A stretch of 64,000 nucleotides of DNA from Octopus sinensis (Eukaryota): contig NC_043005.1 in assembly GCF_006345805.1 (NCBI RefSeq), positions 29,016,001-29,080,000 on the forward strand, given 5' to 3'. The translations under genes were made by a program, and so were the position numbers. Positions 1-12,789 of the stretch are shown here, piece by piece; position 1 is the first letter of the stretch; the number at the start of each line of letters is the position of its first letter. The notes under the pieces were generated by a model that did no database searches, was not told the DNA's origin, and was given only the letters and a program-made list of their open reading frames with translations.

Positions 1-1294
1 TGTATCAAGTCCCAAACACCAGATTCATCATCATCATCGTTTAACATCTACCTTCCATACTGGTATGGCTGGGACAGTTTGACAAGAGCCAGCCAGGCAG
101 AAACCTGCACCAGACTTCTGTAACTGCTTTGACAGGATTTTTACAGCTGGATGCCCTTCCTAACACCAACCACTCAGCAGAGGGGACCTAGTGCTTTTTA
201 CAGCTGGATGCCCTTCTTAACAGCAACCACTTTACAGTGTGGACTGGGTGTTTTTAAGTGATACCTGCATTGACAGGGTCACCAAGTACTTTCAAGACAA
301 AAAGAAAAAACAAACCAAAAAACGATTTTGAGAGGGGAGAGGGCATTGGAGGAGGCGATCTTGTGTCAGATGATGAAAGGTTACAGTGAAGCAGAGAGAC
401 AGAAACAGGTGTTTTACTGTGGAGGAGGTACAAGGTTACCCAGAGAGAGAGAGATCAAAGGAAATACATGGTTACCAAACCTGAGGGAAGTGCAGGAGGA
501 GCGAAAGAGACAGCAGGACAGAGATGGCGGCAAAGTGCTGGACATATGCAATGATACAGTGAGACAGCATGGGTGGAACACACAAGTTAGAAGCTAGCAG
601 AAAGCAAATCACACAGGGGCCAAGAGGACAGGATTGGGGAGTGGGAAATAAGACTAGCGCATGAAGTGGAAATGTGAGGAAGAGAAGAGATGTAGAGATG
701 CAGTTTGGTTTGTTGTAGTAGAGTGTGTGAGAAATTTCTTGTTAAGTGAGGGTGGGACACACAGTGCTTCTAGAACTCAATTTCGCTGAACGTGGGCAGG
801 TATTCTCAAGAACTTCATATTGCCATGACAAATTTATTTTAACAAATCCTTTGTTATTTTCAAAATGAACTGGCACAAAAATAGTGTTTTTATACTGAAA
901 TATAATAACAGAAGGTTTAAGAGGACTACAAATAAACATGAAGTGAATAGTTAGAACCTAACAATTTTACCTCACCAGAAAGGAGAACTGACTTAGAGAC
1001 ATGTTTAAAGATGAAACATTCATTACATAATTTGTATAAAATGTTCCCTTTTTGATGCTTATCAAACTAAAGCTACAAACCCAGGCATACACTTGCAATA
1101 GTCAAGCAATGCCCATCCATTATGATAACCAAGTCTGGGCTGTTCATTGTTTGACAGACTGGGGGTTTATTACCTTTCAAAACAAGTGAGGGCAGAGACC
1201 CAGAAGGACACCCAGCCATAGAAAACTCTGCTCTAACATAACCTCATCTGATCCATGCAAGCAGAGAAAAGTGGACATGATGATGACAATTGTA

Positions 1295-1830
1295 TATATA
1301 CGTATGTGTGTGTGTGTATGTATGTATGTATATATGTGTGTGTATATATATATATATATGATGGCTGCCCTCTCGTTATCGAGTATGGCCATTGCATGAG
1401 GCTTAACTGTTAACGGTGATGTGATCAAACATGACTTTTTAGCCCAGCTAAAGATCTACAATGTCCTGTACAGAATTGGTAGTTAAAACTTTTACCGGCA
1501 ATAGCCAGCTGTAGTTGTAACTGGGCTTCATGTACCTTTGCATGTTGTTTAAGTCCTCTCGCGAAATTATGCTCCCTTCTACATGTCTGACAGATATGAT
1601 TAGTATGGTGTGTAGCACTACCACCAGCGGCCTGGTTGTCAATTATCGGTCTCGCTTTATGACTGAAGATGACACTTGAGTCCAGCTTTACTGAGGTAGG
1701 GTCTTACACAGACACTGCATGTCAACATCATAGGAAGACCCTTATCATCTGGAAGTGCAACAGCAATGCCCTACCTGACATACCTCCTTACTTTCTCATG
1801 TGCAACTTGAAATTCCTCAAAATTATACAT
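1295..1830 (-). mobile_element. 5'-truncated LINE-like (probably RTE-clade) 3' end with three C2H2 zinc fingers and microsatellite tail
   Basis: Minus strand CSVC-x12-HLQS(H), CQTC-x12-HAKVH and (Y)QFC-x12-HV*SH, with internal stops and one frameshift. A short UTR is followed by a (TA/CATA)n tail. Confidence 0.65.
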
Positions 1831-1984
1831 ACATACAAACATAGAAAGACAGATAATATTGCATATAGCTACGTAGCTTGCACATACAAACTATGGTTCC
1901 AAACAATACAGCAAATCTGCATAAAATTGCAGATATTTCAAAGAAGCAAAATTGAATTTGTGAGTTCAAAGTTGAAATTCTAAC

Positions 1985-2119
1985 CATATCTCGTGGGATT
2001 TCTTCAGTGAGTTTGGTGTTGAGTAAATCCATGGACTTCTTTTGGACAGTGGTCAGTTGATGAGTAATTAGAGTTGATATGACACTGATGAAGACTCGAT
2101 TGGGCAGTAAGGTGCACAC
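1985..2119 (-). CDS. HEATR1: HEATR1 coding exon 31 (last one visible in window)
   Basis: [45 protein letters not shown]; donor GTTAGA. Confidence 0.92.
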
Positions 2120-5100
2120 CTAGACAGAAATAGAGACAAACATAGCAAATAAAGAACAACTATTAGCAAACTAGCATCACCAGCCATAACAAGATGGAGT
2201 TACTTATAAAAAGCCTTCATTTGCATATTACTGGTACCGTTATTTTTTTGTTAGTTATCAACTAATTGAAAGAACGCTTTACCATTTGTAGCACAGACAG
2301 AAATGTTATTGTTTTTAAGTGCTCAAAATTAAAAACTTTCTATCAAAATTTCATGTTCACTTATATTCTAACAACAAAGTTATTTTACTAAATTCTCCAT
2401 TATTTTCCAAATTAATTAAAACAAAGACAATGTATTTCAACAGATATATATGGTTAATTATATATAATTAATTAAATCAGCTTACCTTATCTAATAAGTG
2501 AGAGACTCGGCCCAAAAGTATTTTCCAGAATCGTGATGTTGGTAGTTGTTGCTGTTGGTCAGCCGTCTTGGAGACCTTACTTAAGTAGTTAAAAACAACC
2601 TCAAGTAGTTTCTCATAATGATCTTGAAGTGTAGCCTCAGATGTATTTGCTATCTATAGAGTGGTGACAGAAAACATATACATGCAGAAATCTATTCAAA
2701 ATGTGTGCGCGCAAATATACATACATATACACACACATGTATGTGTGTGTGTGTATTTATATATATTATGTTATAAAGTGTAACAATTGTTCTAGCATAG
2801 TTATTACTCAAGCTCTCCAGGCCAAACCACAAATTTACACGCAAAGAGAAATTTACATTTATAAATATGTGTGTGCATGTGTGTGTATACACACACACAC
2901 ACACCAATACATTTGCATATATATAAATAGTAAGTCAGCCCCATAAATACACCTACAGATAAATGGATAGACAGACACAAACATGATAGACATATAACGT
3001 AGGAAGACATAGACTGATAGATGCAGGAAATCATCATCATCATCATCATCGTTTAACGTCTATTTTCCATGCTGGCATGGGTTGGACGGTTTGACTGAAG
3101 CCTGGAGAGCCAGCGGCTACTCCAGGCTCCAATCTGATCTGGCAATGTTTCTACAGTTGGATGCCCTTCCTAACGCCAACCATTCCACAGAAACAGACGG
3201 ATAGACAACACTATACTACTAACACACACAAAGAGTATCGCTAATGCAGACCACTCATATACAAACACTACCCCAGTCCATCAGTTGAGTGGATACACCT
3301 GCCGCTGACTCAGATTCCAGTCTACCAAAGGGTACAGACATGATTGTGTGATGTAGGAGCTTGCTTTGCAACTACATGTACAATACCTTGAGCAAGTATC
3401 TTTGCTGTAGCTTTGAATTAATCAAAGCCAGTCTCAGAGGCTTTCAAAAAGGTCATGGACATCTCCCTTTCTCCTTTAAGTTTTTCATTTTTGTTTATTT
3501 TTACAAACGATATACCAAGTTCTAAAGTTTAACCAATCAGCTACAAACAAAAATTAGAGTTTCAATACCTGGCTGATAAATTCTGTCCGTTCAAGTAGAC
3601 TCACAAAGAAGTTCACGGAGGAATATTTGAAATGTCGCAGCTGTTTGGATGTGTGGTATTCAGTGTTAAAGATTTCAGTATCCGCACATCGCAGTTGTGT
3701 CACAATTTCAGGGACTGATTTCTTCTTCCCTGTACCTAAAGAGGAAAAAAATATAAATTACCGTTAATAAGATGTTTGTTTATAGCCATGAAACATTTTG
3801 CGTCAAATTTCGACATTTGTCAAAGATTTTAAATCTATATTAATGGGTAGGACTAATTTGACAAATGTTGTTGTCCTTTTTGTGTATGTGCGAAGAAAGG
3901 TAAAATTTTACGTCTTGGGGCAGATTTCGTCAAATTGATATCACAATAGTTAGCGTGCAAAATGCCTAAATTGTGTTTGAGAAATAAAATGCTCTTGTCT
4001 ATTTAAAACCTGGGGAATTAAAACAACGAATGGAAATAATAAGTTTTAGCTAATCAAAACAATTCATATTGAAATGAAGAATTAGCAAATGCTAAATAGA
4101 TTACCTTTAATAAACTCTTTGTTTATACTCATGAAACATTTTTTTGTCAAATTGATGTCATGATGGCTAGTGCAAAAATTGCTGAAATTTTATGATTTTT
4201 GAAAAATCAATACTGATTAAAAATTGCCTTTTTTTTTAAAATTCCAAGTGCGTAAGTGACCGCATGGACATAAGCCCCACACATGTGTCAAGTTTCATTA
4301 AGGTCTGTTGGACAGTCTCGGAGGAGTAAAAGTAACAAATTCACAAACTTGCCATTTATTATTATTGACATGTCCATTTAGAAAAGGACACATGAGATAG
4401 TGTCGCAGCACCAGCTACTAAGGGCCTCCTGACACATTTGGAATGTCTTTGATATAGGTCTATTCAATCAGGGCTGAGCTTGGGTTAAGCAACAACTGGA
4501 GATGAAGACTTATTCAGATTTAACAGTTGAGAAAAGATTATAAGAAATATGTGAATGATCAGTGAATAATTCATGGTCATATTTCCCCATTTCTCTCTTC
4601 TTGTCCTTCAAGTTACTTGGTGATTCCAGTAGTGCTGGTGACACAATAAAAGTACCCAGTACACATTGTGAAGTGGCTGGTGTTAAGAAGGGCATCCAGC
4701 TGTAGAAACCATGCCAAAGCCAACACTGGAACTTGATGTGGCCCTGGTGCTTATCAAATCCTGTCAAACTGTCCAACTCATGCCAATATGGAAAGCAGAC
4801 GTTAAATGATGCTGCCAATGAAGATGGCCAGTAGTGCAGTACATTAACCTCAATGCCACAGTGCCTCTATATATCGCATGGTGGCACTTATTCCATTTGA
4901 TAGGACTGCAAGAACTGCCCATCAGGTGAACTATGAGTAAGTTAATTTAGGATAAATATCAGGAGGTAGGCGGAAAGAAGTAATTATGGCATATCTGAGA
5001 GAATATATTTTACAAATAAGATAATACATGGAGAAATAATAATGCCATTGCAGATCTGTCCAACCCTCAACAACATTAACTTCACCTCCTTGTACCTTCA

Positions 5101-8100
5101 AGGCCCACCCTTATATTCCATCACCATTATTTTATCTCTATTTTCTGTTCCACCCCTGTTACTCCCACCCACTCTTCTATAATGTGAGTAGCCATGTAGC
5201 TTTCCTGCAACAGAAAATTGGTTCTGTTTTGGCCCCATCTTTCATATTTTGACTTCCCATCTCCTAGCATAAAGCTGTCTTCCTCTCTACTTTTGCCTCT
5301 GTCAGTCGAATGGGATCTTAGTCTTGTGAGCTGCAAGGTGAGCTCATGAGTGCTGGTACCATGGAAAAAGACCCAGTACATTGTGAAGTGGCTGGTGTTA
5401 AGAAGGGTGTCCAGCTGTAGAAGCCATGCCAGAGCAGACAGAGTATGATGTAGTCCTCAAATCCGTCAGATCTTGTCAAACCATCCAACCCATGCCAGCA
5501 TGGAAATGGGTATTAAAAGGTGATGATGATGAATTGTTAAAATGATTAATCTTGATTGAGAGATCTAATTAGAAATAAACTTACTTTGCTTTATCTCAGT
5601 TGGAAGTGTAGATAAATACAGCAACCCATCTCGGATAGCATCAAGTTGTTGCTCAGGTGGGAACTGGAAGCTTAAATTCAAGGCAAATTCCAGCTCTGGC
5701 GGTGGACCCTCAGGAGATTGAGAATTATATAATGATGTCTTTTGTTAGAAATGAAAAGAGAAAACAGAAATAAGTGAGTGTTCAGTAAAAATGGCAACAG
5801 AGAAAATTATTATATAAACTATTTGTAGTTCTTGATCATTACTACATTAACCCTTTTGCTACCATATTTCTGTTGAGATGCTCTGTGTGTCTTTCAATTA
5901 CTTTAAATATAACAAAGAATTTAATAAAATAACTTAGTTATCATTCAGCTAGTGTTAGGAACATAAATTGTGACTAAGGTTTGGTGGAAGATTTTAATTC
6001 AAAACTTATGAAAACAAGACATTCGTAATACAGAGGCAGAGGCGGTTTCAGCTGGGTTGGTAACAAAAGGGTTAAAATAACATGAAAGTAATGAAGCATG
6101 TATGGCCCTGGTCAATCAATCTACTGACCCCATCTTCCACAGCTCACATAAAAAATATTGTAACATGATGTTAATATTAACGAATGGAATTAAGGCAGTG
6201 AGCTGGCAGAATCGTTAGCATGCTGGGCAAACTGGTTAGAGGCATTTCTTATGTTCTGGGTTCAAATGCTACCAGGGTTGGCTCTGCCTTTCATCCTTTT
6301 GGGGTTGATAAAAATGAGTAACAGTTGAGTACTGGGGTCAATTTAATCAACTGAACACATCCCCTGAAATTGCCGGCCTTGTGCCAAAACTGGAAGCTAA
6401 TATTAATGAATGCAATTAAAGTTGTAACAGATGCAGTCAGTATTTCTATTAGATACAGTAAACTAGTATAGACATGAATAAATACTAACTACTACAGTTA
6501 CTTATACTATTGTAGACACAATAATAACGACAAGTTATAATTACTATTGTACTTTCTTTAGTCTTTTACTTGTTTCAGTCATTTGACTGTGGCCATATTG
6601 AAGCACTGCCTTTAGTTGAGCAAATCAACCCCAGGACTTATTCTTTGTAAGCCTAGTACTTATTCTAGCGGTCTCTTTTGTCAAACCGCTAAGTTATGGG
6701 GACGTAAACACACCACTATCGGTTGTCAAGCAATGTTGGTGGGACAAATACAGACACACAAGCATATACACACACATACATACAATGGGTTTCTTTCAGC
6801 CCGAGGCTATAGTAGAAGACACTTGCCCAAGGTGCCACGCAGTGGGACTGAACCCAGAACCATGTGGTTCGTAAGCAAGCTAATTACCACACAGCCACTC
6901 CTACGCCTATTGTAAATACTAATAATTTCTAATCACCAATACTAATTATCATAACCAATAATTACCAGTCACAATTGTTTCAACAATCAATACTAACCAT
7001 TACAGTTACCAATACTAACTGCAATAACCACTAGCACCAACAACGACAACCACTAATCCTTTTCTATTCTAGTCACAGCCTCAAAATTTTGGGGGAGGGG
7101 GCCAGTCAATTAGATTGACCCCTGTGTGCAACTTGTACTTAATTTATTGATCCTGAAAGGATGAAAGGCAAAGTCAACTTTGGTGGAATTTGAACTCAGA
7201 ACGTAAAGACAGACAAAATACCACTAAGCATTTTGCCCGGTGTGCTAACGTTTCTGCCAGCTCACCACCATTACAACCACCAATACTAAGTTACTGTGGG
7301 CACTAATATTATACTAAATGATATTATTATGACCACATACTATCATAGCCATTGATATGAACTGCTACAGCCACCAATATGTATAAGAGATAAGGGCAGC
7401 GAGCTGGCAGAATCGTTAGCATGCCAGGCGAAATGCTTAGCGGGATTTCATCTGCTGGTACGTTCTGAGTTCAAATTCCGCCGATGTTGACTTTGCCTCT
7501 CATCCTTTTGGGGGTTGATTAAATAAGTACCAGTTATGCACCGGGGTCGACGCAATCAACTTAATCCCTTTGTCTGTCCTTGTTTGTCCCCTGTACGTTT
7601 AGCCCCCTGTGGGCAATAAAGAAATAAATATGTTTAAGAGATTGTGTTGCTGGTGGTAAGCTATTTTCTTTCAGGCTTAATCAACATTTCACTCAATAAA
7701 CAAGTCAAATAAAACAGGAGACTGTAGTGAATAGCACATTGAATGTAGCTGGACAGTATAACAAAGAGTCCATTGTTGGCTCAACATGTTAGATTCAGAT
7801 CATCATCCATCATTTTTAAATCCAAGTTTTCTCCCCATTAACAGGGGTGGCCAGATCTACCTCAATACCATAGCAACCACCCTCGCAGCATCTCACCATC
7901 TTGCCCAGTTTTGGGCATCTCCTTTCTCAAGCCAACTCTCCCAATCTCCTCCACATTTTCTTTGGGCTACCTCGTTTTCGCTGTCCATTTACCTCAAACT
8001 CTAGCACCTTCTTCAGAACATGCTCCTCATTCCTCCTCAACACATGCCCATACCACCACACTTCATTCACCCTTGCCAGCTATTCCATTGATTCCTCTAA

Positions 8101-11100
8101 CATAGATGGAATTTGTAATTAGCAACTCATAGGTCACCCAACATATGATCAGTTAAATATAGCTGGATCATGTGAGTAACTGTCTGTATGGTAAAGAAGT
8201 ATGCTTTGCAACCACATGGTTTCCAGATACACCACAGCATGGCACCTTGGGCGAGTGTCTTCTATATAGTCCTGGGTCAATCAATGCCTTGTTGATAGAT
8301 TTAGAAGATGGAAACTATGGAAGCCTGACAGATACAAGCGAGTGTGTGTGTGTATCTCATATGACTTGACAACCAGTGTTGGTCTGTTTACATCCCTGTA
8401 ACTTAACAGTTTGGCAAAAGATAGAATAACTGCCAAATTTGAAAAGAAAATGTACTGGGGTTGATTTGTTCAGTTAGAACCCTTCAAGGCAATACCCTGG
8501 CATAGCTGCAATCCAATGACTGAAGCAAGTAAAATTCCAAACATCAGCTAAATGATGGGTTATTTTATTAAGTTTTTCATTGTTTTCAAAATAAATTAAA
8601 ACAAAAGAGGACATTTCAACAGAAATGTAACAAAAGAGGATGAAATAATCATTGATAAAAAGCTTGTATTTATAGACAATCAAAGAAAAAAACTAAATAA
8701 AACAACCAGAGTTAATTTTGTGGTGATGGGATATATTTAATAGAAGGGGTGTGCAATATGAAATAACACATAAACAGCCAGCCTTACCTGTGAATTGTCA
8801 TCTGTCTGTTCCTTAGGAACACTATGGACAACAACATGTTCAACAAAAAGCAGGAGGAGGCAGGATAGATGTCTACCCTGACTGATGATTCTGGAAAGTT
8901 CTTTAAATAGCATGATACGTCGATGTGCTGGAATATGAGGGAAGGCATCGACAAAAACTTTCAGAACCATTGGTATAACATCATCAACAGTTCCAACATC
9001 GGCATTTTGGTATTTGGCACGTTCTTCACAGGCCTAAACAGTTAGAAAAATACAACAGAAAATAATGATTTATTAAAATAATAATTAGAAAACCATAACA
9101 TTTATGGGGAGAAACAATGGATATATCAATCCAGAACTTGATGGGTGGATACAATCATCATCATCATTTAACGTCCGTTTTCCATGCTGGCATGGGTTGG
9201 ACAGTTTGACTGAGGTCTGGAGAGCCAGTGGCTGTACCATGCCCCAATCTGATCTAGCAATGTTTCTACAGCTGGATGCCCTTCCTAATGCCAACCACTC
9301 TGAGAGCGTAGTGGGTGCTTTTTACATGTCACTGACACAGGAGCCAGTCAAGCAGGACTGGCATCGATCACGTTTGGATAGTGCTTTTTACGTGCCACTG
9401 GCACAGGAGCCAGTCATGGGGCACTGGCATCAACCACACACACACACACAAAAACAAAAAAAAAAACAGATCAGTGAGTGTGGACTAAGAATGTAAAGTA
9501 ACCTAACTAAATACTGCATGACATTCTGACTGTTTCTCTACTGATTCTAAGCACAAGGCTACAAAATGTGGACACAATTTTTGCAGGAATGCATGTGAAA
9601 CAAGGGATTATATGTTTGTGGCAGCTGCAATAAAATAATTTTATTTCTTTCTTGTAGCTATTCTGACAGGTCAGAATATCTGTGAAATAAGAAAACCCTT
9701 GGAGTAAAGTTTGTTTGCCAACATAACATGGCAGTCCTGGTTTAGGACGAATGTTGCTGTAATTTAGCCCCAGGAGACATCGTCTCCAGCTGGCTATACA
9801 ACACGATCTGTCTCCTTATATTTTCAAACAAGGGAATCTAGCACTCCCACAATTCCCTTGTTTGAAAATATAAGGAGACAGATCGTGTTGTATAGCCAGC
9901 TGGAGACGATGTCTCCTGGGGCTAAATTACAGCAACATTCGTCCTAAACCAGGACTGCCTTGTTATGTTGGCAAATAATCTTTACTACAAATTACTGTTG
10001 CTGAATATCTCTTGTTATGAGATTTGCAAATAGTAATTTTCTAAGAAAACCCTTATTTGAAAAATAGCTAAGGGTTGGCAACAAGAAGAATATCTAGCAA
10101 TAAGAACTTGTCCTCAAGTATATCTCCTTCCAACCCAGGATACCGTGGAAAAAGGGATGTTAAATAAACAAATATATAATATATTATTTTAATGCAGGTT
10201 TTTATTTCCTACTGGCCCCTCCAACAGTTCAACTAGAAGCAAGTTTTTCACAGTCCCATTTAGGGTCACCAATCTTTCCATTATGATATTTCTGTGCCTC
10301 TGACTTCAATATTATGCAACAATATGCAATAATACATACCCCCATCCACACAACACTAAAGATACTTAACAACAACCACAACAACAACATAATAATAATT
10401 ATTGTCAAAGTTCAGACTTACCGCTAACAAAGCTGGAATGACCGTTTCCAATGTCCGATATATCATACTGAAGCTGTATGTGTCATCTTGTCTCACCATT
10501 GTGCCACCAACAAATGTGAACACTGCCATTACATTGTGCAACAACATCTCCTGCAAACAATAATAACAAGACTCAATAATTGTGTCCCAATATGTATAAA
10601 TATACACACACACACACATACATAACATTTAACCAAATATCTCAGATCTAAAGAGCATATTTTAGTACTAGAAATAGCTGTCTCTGGAAGAATCAAAAAG
10701 CCGTCCCTATTCAGTTGCTGCCCTCACAGACTATCTGAAAAGTAGCTTGCAGAGTTGAAAACTTCTCCATTCATTATGTGCGCACGCACGCACACGCACA
10801 CACAGAGAGAAAATACCTTACCGGGTCTATTTTAGCAGCAACAGTAAGCAGTAACAGTGCATGGTGATGGGTCTGCGGACTGCTAGACGTGCGAATACAT
10901 TTAACTATAAGTTCCATGTCAAACTTTTGGGTTTGAAGAATTGCTGAAAAATAAAAGAAAACCATTAACATGAGCTACACAGAAAAGCACCATGGAGACT
11001 AACTGTGGATAATGTAAGTTGTAGTTCTGGGTGAGAAAATCAATGTGGTGAGGAACTGTGAAGGAGTAAACAATGTACAACTATACAGGGAAACTGGTGA

Positions 11101-12745
11101 ATAAAATAAAACGAGCTGAAGATATATATATATATATATATATATGTATATGTATGTTGAAGGAATCTGGGGTAGAGGTAGACCCAGGAAGACATGGGAT
11201 GAGGTAGTGAAGCATGACCTTCATATGTTGGGCCTCACAGAGGCAATGATGAAAGACTGAGACTCTGGAGATACATTGTGACTGTGAAAACCAGGCAAAT
11301 AAAGTGAGTTCACAGCTGTATCTTACACTAGTTCCACATAACCAGCCTCAGCCCATTCAAAGTACCTTGGATCATAGGGCGACCTACTGAGTCAAGTACA
11401 TCAACATCAAAATGAAAATCAAATGGAAATTGTAGTTGTGATCCCTGTGCCTATTGCCAGCCTCCTGGCCCTTGTGCTCGTGGTACGTAAAAAGCAGTCA
11501 CTACACTCAGGGAGTGGTTGACATTAGGAAGGGCATGAAGCTCTAGAAACTTTGCCAGATCCGATTGGAGCCTGTTGCAGCCTCCTGGCTTTCCAGACCT
11601 CAGTCAAACCATCCAACCCATGCTAGCATGGAAAACAGACGTTAAACGATGATGATGCATATATGAGTACAGGATGTCACCAACTGTAAACAACATGAAT
11701 TACGAAAACAAGCAAGTTAAATACGCAAACAACAAGAGAGAAACAAAACAATGAAAACAGGATAAGTAACACAAAAACGACCCTTCATCATTTGTTGGCT
11801 GTCTGAGAAGTAGATATTGTCTCAAATATTCATCCAACCCATGCATATATGGGAAAACAGACATAAAATGGATGATCAAACAAACATGATCACTCCCCAG
11901 GTAACATTACTGTATTTTCCCTTATGGATTTCATCTTTACTAGGTTTATTTTTAGGGTTCTTGATGCTAGACTCTTCTTCCATGTTTGTAACTTTTTATC
12001 ATTTTTTAACTGATTTGACTATGAGAACTAGGTCATTGGTACATAGGAATTCTCAGGGACAGCCAATCGTGAACTTCTGTTATGGCCTCGAGTTCTTTAA
12101 TAAACAAAGCCCTGAAAACCAAGCTTTACGTGCATGCTAAATTTGTTACTGAAATCACTGCTAACTTCATTTGGTTGACAGCATACATGAGAGTTGAGGA
12201 TAATATGAATGAACAAGTGAAATGACATCTGATAAAGCCTGATTATTAGAATGGGATAATTGATTATTGTAGGTCAATAACCAGTGAAGTTAATTAGAGG
12301 TGAAAATGTAGGTGATAAAATAGAAAATGATGAATCAGTAAAAATAGTGTCTTACCAAGCAGGTCTGGATTATTGATCATATGATTTGAGATGTTGCAGA
12401 TACAGGACAGCAGTAACTGCTTCAGATATTCAGCAGAGTTATTCTCTTCCAATTCCAGAACTCTATACCAAAGTGAGAGATAAGGAGTAACAGTTACATA
12501 CGGATGTATGTATGTGTATGTTTAGAACATATATTGTACACTAATATGCATAATATATATATAAAATCGTTTTCTGATTAACATAACACAATATTCATGA
12601 TAAGTTTTTAAATGAGTTAAATTTGATTTAAGGTAAATATATATCACATTTGGTAGCGTTTACCTTAATGAAACAGCTGTTGAGCATAATTCAAGTATGA
12701 ACTATATGCGAAATTTATGTCTCTTTCTCTCTTTCCACACCACAC

Positions 12746-12789
<44 letters not shown>

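Noticed and set aside
742-939. 65-aa minus-strand ORF as the next HEATR1 exon
   Set aside because: No resemblance to the expected downstream HEATR1 sequence; it ends in CACTG and is more likely a DNA-transposon terminus.
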